Part shown: positions 50,319 through 57,761 of the stretch, piece after piece | Numbering within the stretch: the first letter of the stretch is position 1 | Layout: each line of letters opens with the position of its first letter | DNA from: an uncultured Erythrobacter sp. | GTDB taxonomy: Bacteria > Pseudomonadota > Alphaproteobacteria > Sphingomonadales > Sphingomonadaceae | Assembly (NCBI GenBank): GCA_947488155.1 | Contig: CANKYK010000001.1 | Location: 1,194,439-1,258,438 of the forward strand | DNA length: 64,000 nt | Direction of reading: 5' to 3' | Position numbers and translations under genes: made by a program | Notes under the pieces: model-generated | What the model was told of the DNA's origin: nothing | Databases searched by the model: none | What the model saw: only the letters and a program-made list of their open reading frames with translations

Positions 50319-50697
50319 ACCAGGAGGAAAAACGACAACCGAGCAGTTGAGACAAGAACTCGATAGGCTTGCTGAGCTTCAAGGCGCTCTTGGGAAAAAT
50401 GAGGCGCGGGACGATGAGGGTTTTCGTAGGGAGTTGACCGCACTTCGCCGAGAAGCGTGGGAAACTATCTTTCAAATACAAAAGACCGCCGATCAGTATT
50501 TCAGGGAGCTAGGAAATACCGAGCTTTACAAAGAGTTCAAGACAAGATTTCAACACATGAAGGACGCCGTCTTCGATCATCAAGCAAAGTGGCGCGGCCT
50601 CGATGTCGATCACAACAGCCCCAGTTATCAAGAGTCTGTCAGGAAGGTCATCAAGGCAAACAAAGAATTCACTGGTTGGGCAAAGACAAAATTCTGA
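50308..50697 (+). CDS. Hypothetical helical protein, overlapping the glcB stop
   Basis: 129-aa ORF whose ATG lies 8 nt before the glcB stop codon. It is charged and helical and I do not recognise a family. Confidence 0.4.
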   Translation: MGAEPGGKTTTEQLRQELDRLAELQGALGKNEARDDEGFRRELTALRREAWETIFQIQKTADQYFRELGNTELYKEFKTRFQHMKDAVFDHQAKWRGLDVDHNSPSYQESVRKVIKANKEFTGWAKTKF

Positions 50698-51158
50698 ACT
50701 CACTAGTCAAGTGCCAAAGAAACAACGCAAGTCGAAGATACAAAATATCCTGGGAGCCTAAACTCGCGGAGTGATCCTTGCAACGGTTCTAATGTCTGCA
50801 ATACGAGTACCAACCGCTTGAAGGTTCTGTCGCATTTCAGTCATTGCGCGATAGATTGAGCAGCGGCAGCTAAGGTTGCGATCTTTGTTGAAACGTTAGC
50901 CAGTTCGTTGATGGCTGCCTTTCTTTCGTCACCCAATGAGCCGCCAATCGTTAGTGCCAGCGCGCTGTGGTCTTCCATCAACATACCGACCTTGGTGCAA
51001 AGCAGGCTGATAAGTTCGCGGTCAATGTCATCCATAAGCGCGGTAGTGCTCGAACTTCAGCACAAGTCCACTGCAAAGAGCACATGTACGCAGAAAGCAC
51101 TCGACTAGTGCGAGAAGTCGAGCATTCATGCCCGTGCTCAATGGCACGGAGAAGAATA

Positions 51159-51605
51159 ATGAGCTTGGATATGAACATTGATGCACTGCGATCAATGAAC
51201 GCGGCAGAGCTGCGCAATACTTGGCGCTCGATCATGAAAGACGTGGATCCCGATATTAGCCCAAGCTTAATGCGCTATGCGATTGCACAGCGCCTGCAAG
51301 AAAAGCAGCACGGCAGATTGTCACCAACCCACATGCGCCGCATCAATCGGCTACAAAAACAATTGATCGACAAAGGAACTATCGAACCCGCTCGCTCAGT
51401 GCAGCTCATGCCAGGAACTCAGCTGCTGAGGAAATGGGGAGGTGTGACCCATGTTGTTCTCGTTCTTGACAATGCGTTTGAATACCGCGGGAAGCGATAT
51501 TCTAGCCTGACGCAAATTGCTGAATCCGTTACCGGCGCGCATTGGTCAGGGCCGCGGTTCTTCGGCATCAGGAAGCGATCGAAGAGGCCCTTGCAAGATG
51601 GATAG
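51159..51605 (+). CDS. DUF2924-domain protein
   Basis: The start is trimmed to ATG at 51159 with a GGAGAAG Shine-Dalgarno sequence. ELRNTWRSIM...SPSLMRYAIAQRLQEKQHGRLS matches the DUF2924 signature. It overlaps the recombinase start. Confidence 0.75.
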   Translation: MSLDMNIDALRSMNAAELRNTWRSIMKDVDPDISPSLMRYAIAQRLQEKQHGRLSPTHMRRINRLQKQLIDKGTIEPARSVQLMPGTQLLRKWGGVTHVVLVLDNAFEYRGKRYSSLTQIAESVTGAHWSGPRFFGIRKRSKRPLQDG

Positions 51606-53211
51606 GTCAAAGAAACTTCGCTGCGCCATCTACACACGCAAATCAACCGAAGAAGGGCTAGAGCAGGAGTTCAACAGCTTGGATGCACAGCGCGAATCCT
51701 GCGCCGCCTACATACTTAGTCAGGCGCACGAAGGCTGGGGGAACATGCCTGAGCTTTATGATGATGGCGGTTATAGCGGTGGAAACATGAATAGGCCTGG
51801 CCTCGCCCAACTGATGCTCGATGTAAAAGCCGGGAAGATCGATGTTATCGTAGTCTATAAGGTAGACCGTTTAACGCGCTCGCTAGCCGACTTTGCCAAG
51901 ATCGTCGAAATCCTGGATGATGCCGGCGCAAGCTTTGTCAGCGTGACCCAGGCTTTTAACACCACTAGCAGTATGGGCCGGCTGACGCTTAACGTTCTGC
52001 TATCATTTGCGCAGTTCGAACGCGAAGTCACAAGTGAACGCATTCGAGACAAATTTGCTGCTTCAAAGAAGAAGGGCATGTGGATGGGCGGCTCAATTCC
52101 GTTTGGCTACCGGCTTGAGAAACGCAAGCTTCTGATTGATGTAGAAGAGGCAGAAAAGGTGCGGCACATTTTTCGCCGCTACGCCGCACTCAATTCAATC
52201 CCCCAGCTCCAACTAGAGCTCAAGAACGCGGGCTATCGAACAAGAAGCCGAGCACTAAAGACCGGCCAAACTATAGGCGGCGTTGAGTTTGGCACTGGCG
52301 CACTTGCCTACATGCTCAAGAACCCTGTCTACATCGGAAAAACCGCCCACCAAGGTAGCCTCTACGACGGCGAGCACAACGCTATCATTGACCAAGAACT
52401 GTTTGATGAAGTCCAGGCGATCACCAAATCAAACTGCCATGATGCCATGCTTGGAAAACGAGCCGCCAATCCAAGTCTTCTAACTGGCATGCTGCTGGAT
52501 CCCGATGGCAACGCTATGTCCCCTGTTCAGGCGCGCAAGAAAGACAGGCGTTACCGTTATTACGCCACCCGTGTCGATCTGATTGATCCTCATTCTAAAG
52601 CTTGGAGAACCTCCGCAGGGCCTCTTGAGAAGATCGTTATCGCTGAATTGGCAGCGGCCCTCGAAAACCCCGACCTGCGGTATGCGAATGATATCCGCCT
52701 GCAGGACCAATTGCGCGAAGCACAACAGATAGCGAACAAGCTTCGATCATCTGGAATAGTGGCGCAGCGCAGCATTCTGATGGACCTGAAAACAATCGCG
52801 GCCATCAGCGAAGAAAAACTTACGCTATCCTACGAATGTCCCATTGCGCGCGAAGTGCGACATCTCGTCGTCAACGCCAACTTAGCACAAAAAGGAAGCA
52901 ATATTCGCATCCTTCCTAGCAAATCAGGAAACGGGGCCGATAGCGCTGCGGATACCGGATTGCTTGAGCTTATCGCCAAGGCATTCGCAGCGCGGCAGCA
53001 CCTCTTTGAGGCAAAACCAAACCCTATCGTAGAAGACTTTAGTAGGCGCCATCAGATACGCCTCGCTCGGCTAAGTTGCCTTTCGCCCGAAATCATCGCA
53101 GCGATCTTATCTGGCAAACAGCCAGCAACAATGACCGCACGCAGTTTGCTTCGCATTGGAACCTTGCCGCTTTGTTGGAATGAGCAAAATAAGCAACTCG
53201 GCTTCTCCTAA
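51598..53211 (+). CDS. Large serine recombinase (resolvase domain plus recombinase domain plus C-terminal extension)
   Basis: CAIYTRKSTEEGLEQEFNSLDAQRE contains the catalytic Ser region. It is followed by VVYKVDRLTRSL and a recombinase domain (GGSIPFGYR...); about 537 aa. Confidence 0.92.
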   Translation: MDRSKKLRCAIYTRKSTEEGLEQEFNSLDAQRESCAAYILSQAHEGWGNMPELYDDGGYSGGNMNRPGLAQLMLDVKAGKIDVIVVYKVDRLTRSLADFAKIVEILDDAGASFVSVTQAFNTTSSMGRLTLNVLLSFAQFEREVTSERIRDKFAASKKKGMWMGGSIPFGYRLEKRKLLIDVEEAEKVRHIFRRYAALNSIPQLQLELKNAGYRTRSRALKTGQTIGGVEFGTGALAYMLKNPVYIGKTAHQGSLYDGEHNAIIDQELFDEVQAITKSNCHDAMLGKRAANPSLLTGMLLDPDGNAMSPVQARKKDRRYRYYATRVDLIDPHSKAWRTSAGPLEKIVIAELAAALENPDLRYANDIRLQDQLREAQQIANKLRSSGIVAQRSILMDLKTIAAISEEKLTLSYECPIAREVRHLVVNANLAQKGSNIRILPSKSGNGADSAADTGLLELIAKAFAARQHLFEAKPNPIVEDFSRRHQIRLARLSCLSPEIIAAILSGKQPATMTARSLLRIGTLPLCWNEQNKQLGFS

Positions 53212-53421
53212 CAGCATTTCCAAATAACCACAGTCTAGCAAATGGGATCCGACTTTTGGAACCTCAGAGAAACGCGCCGATAATCACGTCATTCGCGAGC
53301 CTCAAAGGCGTCTCTTGCAAATTGCACGGCTGTTTGAATCCACGTAACCTGCTGAAATAACGCCATAATAGACGTGCTCACCGCTATGGTTCTGGCGTTG
53401 GCCAGCTTCAGGTTTTGTGAA

Positions 53422-53496
53422 TGGTGCCACGAGAGAGAATTGAACTCTCGGCCTCGTCATTACCAATGACGCGCTCTACCACTGAGCTACCGCGGC
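53422..53496 (-). tRNA. tRNA-Thr (anticodon GGU)
   Basis: The reverse complement folds by hand into a cloverleaf: acceptor GCCGCGG/TCGTGGC, D arm GCTC-AGTGGTA-GAGC, anticodon arm CGTCA-TTGGTAA-TGACG, T arm GAGAG-TTCAATT-CTCTC, and an encoded CCA; 75 nt. Confidence 0.9.
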
Positions 53497-53586
53497 GCCT
53501 GTTCAAGACGCGCGCCTATCGTTGGGTGCAGCGCCAATGTCAAGCGGCGCTTGAACCTGAGGCCCGATATCGGCAAGGCGTTTCGT

Positions 53587-53745
53587 ATGAATGACAGCAA
53601 AAGCAATAATCTGTCGCGCGAGGAGCGTTTGGCCGCGAAATTGCGAGAGAATCTGCGCCGCCGCAAAGCGCAAGGCCGTGATCTTGCGAGCGGCGTGGAC
53701 GAATCGGGCGAAAGCAGGGTTTCCAAGGACGACGCCGGGGGCTAG
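53587..53745 (+). CDS. Small basic hypothetical protein
   Basis: MNDSKSNNLSREERLAAKLRENLRRRKAQGRDL... The GC-rich codon usage is consistent with the flank. No family is recognised with certainty. Confidence 0.35.
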   Translation: MNDSKSNNLSREERLAAKLRENLRRRKAQGRDLASGVDESGESRVSKDDAGG

Positions 53746-53781
53746 TGCGTTTGACTTAAATTTATGGGCAACCGGGGCCAG

Positions 53782-53848
53782 CCGCTCCCTCCGCCCTTCC
53801 ACCCGGATCGTATCCGAAAGTGTCCGGGTGGAAGGGCGGAGGGAGCGG
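53782..53848. repeat. Perfect 26-bp inverted repeat with a 15-nt spacer; the G-rich arm carries a G4 motif
   Basis: CCGCTCCCTCCGCCCTTCCACCCGGA (53782-53807) and TCCGGGTGGAAGGGCGGAGGGAGCGG (53823-53848) are exact reverse complements. Confidence 0.9.
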
Positions 53849-54574
53849 GTGGCTCGGAACAGCAAAGCGGAAATCCGGAGAAACACCATCCCTAAGCTTA
53901 TTCTCGTGCGCCACGGCCAGAGCCAGTGGAACCTGGAGAACCGTTTCACCGGATGGTGGGACGTTGACCTGACCGAGCAAGGCATCGCCGAGGCCAAGGC
54001 CGCAGGCGCGCTGATGCGCGAAAAGGGCGTGGTGCCGACCACCTGCTTTACCTCGCTGCAAACCCGCGCGATCAAAACGCTCAACCTCGCGCTTGAAGAA
54101 GCGGGCCTGTTGTGGCTGCCGGTGACCAAGAACTGGCAGCTCAACGAGCGGCATTATGGCGGCCTAACCGGCCTAAACAAGCAAGAAACGCGCGATAAGC
54201 ATGGCGATGAGCAAGTGCATATCTGGCGCCGCAGCTTTGACACACCGCCCCCACCGATCGAGCCGGGCAGTGAATATGATCCCGGCGCAGACCCACGCTA
54301 TGACGGGATTGATGTGCCTCAAACCGAAAGCCTGAAGCTGACAATTGAACGCGTGCTACCCTATTGGGAAAGCGCGATCCTGCCGGTGCTGGCCAGTGGT
54401 GAGACGGTGATCATTTCAGCGCATGGCAATTCGCTGCGCGCGCTGGTGAAACATCTTTCGAATATCTCAGATGAGGACATCACTGGCCTCGAGATTCCCA
54501 CCGGTGAGCCGATCATCTATGACTTTGATGATGCGATGGTCCCGGGCGAGCGGTACTATTTGAAGGACAGCTGA
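53849..54574 (+). CDS. gpmA: 2,3-bisphosphoglycerate-dependent phosphoglycerate mutase
   Basis: [29 protein letters not shown]... and [11 protein letters not shown]. The start is uncertain: GTG at 53849, or ATC at 53888 with a GGAG Shine-Dalgarno sequence (see findings). Confidence 0.9.
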   Translation: MARNSKAEIRRNTIPKLILVRHGQSQWNLENRFTGWWDVDLTEQGIAEAKAAGALMREKGVVPTTCFTSLQTRAIKTLNLALEEAGLLWLPVTKNWQLNERHYGGLTGLNKQETRDKHGDEQVHIWRRSFDTPPPPIEPGSEYDPGADPRYDGIDVPQTESLKLTIERVLPYWESAILPVLASGETVIISAHGNSLRALVKHLSNISDEDITGLEIPTGEPIIYDFDDAMVPGERYYLKDS

Positions 54575-54581
54575 GGGGCGT

Positions 54582-55076
54582 ATGGGCAAAGAAACCACCG
54601 GCAAAGTCGCCATCGTCATGGGCAGCCAGTCTGACTGGCCGACCATGAAACGCGCCGCCGAAGTGCTCGAAGAGCTGGAAGTGGAGCATGAGGCGCGGAT
54701 CGTCTCGGCCCACCGCACACCTGACCGGATGGCCGCCTTTGCCAAAGGCGCCGAAGGCGAAGGCTTTGACGTGATTATCGCTGGCGCTGGCGGGGCGGCC
54801 CATTTGCCCGGCATGATAGCGGCGATGACCCATCTGCCGGTGCTCGGCGTGCCGGTTCAGTCCAAGGCTCTGTCGGGCTGGGACAGCCTGCTCTCAATCG
54901 TGCAAATGCCCGCCGGTGTACCCACTGGAACGCTGGCGATTGGCGAGGCAGGCGCAACCAATTCTGGCCTGCTTGCCGCCAGCATTCTGGCGCTGTCTGA
55001 CGAAGGCTTATCGCAGCGGCTGCAAGATTGGCGTGCCGCGCGCAGCGCCGCCGTCACTGAAACACCGCAGGATTAA
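54582..55076 (+). CDS. purE: 5-(carboxyamino)imidazole ribonucleotide mutase
   Basis: [14 protein letters not shown]...SAHRTPDRM...[10 protein letters not shown]. Confidence 0.95.
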   Translation: MGKETTGKVAIVMGSQSDWPTMKRAAEVLEELEVEHEARIVSAHRTPDRMAAFAKGAEGEGFDVIIAGAGGAAHLPGMIAAMTHLPVLGVPVQSKALSGWDSLLSIVQMPAGVPTGTLAIGEAGATNSGLLAASILALSDEGLSQRLQDWRAARSAAVTETPQD

Positions 55077-55085
55077 AAGGGCGAA

Positions 55086-56171
55086 ATGAGAACGCTTCCC
55101 TCCGGCTCGACAATTGGCATTTTGGGCGGCGGTCAGCTGGGCCGAATGCTGGCGGTTGCCGCGCTCCAGCTTGGCTATCGCTGCATTGGCTACGCGCCCA
55201 AAGGCGACAATATCGCGCGCGATGTCTGCACGGATTTCTTCGAGAACGATTGGAGTGATACCGCCGCGCTCGCCGCCTTTGCGGAAAAATGCGATGTGAT
55301 AACGTGGGAGTTTGAGAACGTCCCGCTCAGCACGGTTCACGCATTGCCAGAGACGATGCTGGCCCCCAGCCCAAAGGCGCTCGAGGTGGCGCAGGATCGC
55401 CTCAATGAAAAGAGATTTGTCGAAGGGTTAGGCGCACAACCAGCCCCATACAAACGCGTTGAAGATGATGCGGATTTTGCCAGAGCGCTTGAGATGGTCG
55501 GCGCGCCCGGCATCCTTAAAACCGCACGCGATGGCTATGATGGCAAGGGCCAATGGCGTGTCGCCTCCGCGCATGACGCGGATGGCATCCGCTTCCCCGG
55601 CGTCGCCTGCGTTTATGAGGGCATGGTCGATTTCGAAACCGAGTTTTCGGTGATCCTCGTGCGCGGATATGATGGCGAAGTGCGGTTCTGGGATTCCACC
55701 GCCAATACCCATGACAGCGGCATGCTGAGCAGCTCTATCCTGCCCGCAGGCCCTCTGGTCGAGGCTCAGGTTGAGGCCGCGCGCGGCATCGCCGGGCAGG
55801 TTGCCGATGCGCTGAATTACGTCGGCGTCCTGACGCTCGAATTTTTCGCCACAAAGGCTGGCCCCGTGTTCAACGAGATGGCCCCGCGCGTGCACAATTC
55901 CGGCCATTGGAGCATCGAGGGCGCGGCCACCAGCCAGTTTGAAAACCACATCCGCGCCATTTGCGGCCTGCCGCTGGGCGGCACAGAAACCCGCTTTGCC
56001 AGCATCGAAATGCGCAACATCATCGGCAAAGACGCGCTGGAGGCGCACAGCCTCTTGGCCGAAGAGGGGGAGCCGCATTTGCACCTCTATGGCAAGGCCG
56101 AGGCCCGCGAGGGCCGAAAGATGGGCCATGTCACCCGGGTGAGCCATGATGCGGGACAAGCCAGCGCGTGA
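55086..56171 (+). CDS. purK: N5-carboxyaminoimidazole ribonucleotide synthase
   Basis: ATP-grasp protein starting IGILGGGQLGRML, located directly after purE. Confidence 0.92.
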   Translation: MRTLPSGSTIGILGGGQLGRMLAVAALQLGYRCIGYAPKGDNIARDVCTDFFENDWSDTAALAAFAEKCDVITWEFENVPLSTVHALPETMLAPSPKALEVAQDRLNEKRFVEGLGAQPAPYKRVEDDADFARALEMVGAPGILKTARDGYDGKGQWRVASAHDADGIRFPGVACVYEGMVDFETEFSVILVRGYDGEVRFWDSTANTHDSGMLSSSILPAGPLVEAQVEAARGIAGQVADALNYVGVLTLEFFATKAGPVFNEMAPRVHNSGHWSIEGAATSQFENHIRAICGLPLGGTETRFASIEMRNIIGKDALEAHSLLAEEGEPHLHLYGKAEAREGRKMGHVTRVSHDAGQASA

Positions 56172-56692
56172 GCGAAGAGATATTCCTGATCTATGCCCGC
56201 GCTGGGAACGGCACGATTGGCAAGGATGGCAAGCTGCCCTGGCACCTGCCCGCCGACCTTAAGCGGTTCAAGGCGCTGACCATGAACCGCCCGATGATCA
56301 TGGGGCGCAAGACCTTTGAGAGCCTGCCTGGCCTGCTGCCTGGCCGCCGCCACATCGTTTTGACCCGGCGCGATCGCTGGGACAGCAGCGGCGCAGAGGT
56401 GGTGCATTCGATCGACGAAGCGCTGGAGCTGGCCCGCGACGGCAATGAAACCGGCGAGATCGCGGTCGTTGGCGGCGCAGCGATCTATGACGTCTTTCGC
56501 CCGCTGGCGGACAGGATCGAAGTGACCGAGATCCACGCGGAATATTCCGGCGACACCTTTATGAAACCGATTGGTGCGGAATGGGAAGTCACCGCCCGCG
56601 AAGACTACCCCGCCGAGGGCGACCATCCCGCCTACTCCTTCCTCACCTACCACCGGCAAGGGCGCAAAGACACGCAGGATGCAGAGGCATAA
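56168..56692 (+). CDS. folA: Dihydrofolate reductase
   Basis: ...NGTIGKDGKLPWHLPADLKRFKALTMNRPMIMGRKTFESL... Confidence 0.92.
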   Translation: MSEEIFLIYARAGNGTIGKDGKLPWHLPADLKRFKALTMNRPMIMGRKTFESLPGLLPGRRHIVLTRRDRWDSSGAEVVHSIDEALELARDGNETGEIAVVGGAAIYDVFRPLADRIEVTEIHAEYSGDTFMKPIGAEWEVTAREDYPAEGDHPAYSFLTYHRQGRKDTQDAEA

Positions 56693-57624
56693 TGCGCTGG
56701 CTCGATCACCGTGAACCTGTGGCAAAGGCCCTGCGCGGTGCGATCATCGCGCTGGGCAACTTTGACGGCTTCCATCGCGGGCATCAAGCCGTGGCGGGTG
56801 AGGCGATAGACTGGGCGCACGCCGAAGGTCGTCCCTCGATCATCGCCACATTCGATCCGCATCCGGTGCGCTTTTTCAAGCCAGACGTGCCGCCATTTCG
56901 CCTGACCACGCTGGAGCAGCGCCAAGAGCTGTACCTAGGCGCGGGCGCGACCGCTATGCTGGTGTTTCATTTCGATGCCGAGCTGTCCGGCACCAGCGCA
57001 GAGGACTTCATCACGGAGATCCTGATTGAGCGCTTTGGCGCGCATGGCGTGGTGACCGGCGGGGACTTTACCTTTGGCAAGGGCGCGAAGGGCAATGTCG
57101 ATCTGCTACGCAGCTTTGGCGGCGAGCATGGCCTCAAAAGCCGGGTCGTATCCCCGGTCGAGGGAGAAGGCGCGATTGTCTCCTCCAGCCGCATTCGCGA
57201 AGCTTTGCGCGAGGGCCAACCAGAGCTTGCCGCAGAGTTGCTCACCCGACCTTTCTCAATTCGAGGCATTGTCGAACATGGCGACAAACGCGGGCGCGAG
57301 ATTGGCTATCCCACCGCGAACCTGGCGATCGACAAATATCTGCGCCCCAAATACGGAATTTACGCGGTGACCGGCAAAGTGCTGGCAACCGGCGAGGAGC
57401 TGAAAGGCGCCGCCAATATCGGCATTCGCCCTCAGTTTGAGCCGCCCAAGGAATTGCTGGAGCCGCATTTCTTCGATTTCTCCGGCGACCTTTATGGCCA
57501 AGAAATCGAAATCGCCTTTCACCACTTCCTGCGCGGAGAGGCGAAGTTCGACTCGCTAGAGGATCTCATCACTCAGATGGACAAGGATTGCGAGGAAGCG
57601 CGAAGGCTTCTTGCCGCAAGTTGA
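56692..57624 (+). CDS. ribF: Bifunctional riboflavin kinase / FAD synthetase
   Basis: The start is trimmed to ATG at 56692 (TAATG overlap with folA). ALGNFDGFHRGHQ and a C-terminal riboflavin kinase domain (GYPTANL...). Confidence 0.92.
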   Translation: MRWLDHREPVAKALRGAIIALGNFDGFHRGHQAVAGEAIDWAHAEGRPSIIATFDPHPVRFFKPDVPPFRLTTLEQRQELYLGAGATAMLVFHFDAELSGTSAEDFITEILIERFGAHGVVTGGDFTFGKGAKGNVDLLRSFGGEHGLKSRVVSPVEGEGAIVSSSRIREALREGQPELAAELLTRPFSIRGIVEHGDKRGREIGYPTANLAIDKYLRPKYGIYAVTGKVLATGEELKGAANIGIRPQFEPPKELLEPHFFDFSGDLYGQEIEIAFHHFLRGEAKFDSLEDLITQMDKDCEEARRLLAAS

Positions 57625-57670
57625 GCTTTTGCCTAGAGGCCCAACACGAGATTCCCACGGGCCGTTCGCC

Positions 57671-57724
57671 CTGAGCCTGTCGAAGGGTTAATCGAACGAC
57701 CCGCCCATACTTCGACAAGCTCAG
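57671..57724. repeat. REP-like imperfect inverted repeat in the ribF-ileS spacer
   Basis: CTGAGCCTGTCGAAG (57671-57685) pairs with CTTCGACAAGCTCAG (57710-57724) at 14 of 15 positions. Confidence 0.6.
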
Positions 57725-57761
57725 CACGAGCGGGTCTTGGCTAGGAAATAGTGCAAAGCCG

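Larger units (their letters stand above)
10301..53421. mobile_element. Putative composite genomic island adjacent to the 3' end of tRNA-Thr(GGU)
   Basis: More AT-rich than both flanks. It carries three recombinase genes (two tyrosine, one large serine), and the tRNA gene sits directly at the right border. The exact ends are not defined. Confidence 0.65.

Noticed and set aside
50841-51035. A 64-aa reverse-strand ORF divergent from the DUF2924 gene.
   Set aside because: It is short, has no recognisable motif or clear Shine-Dalgarno sequence, and overlaps the untrimmed 5' extension of the 50967 ORF. It may be real, but I cannot support it.
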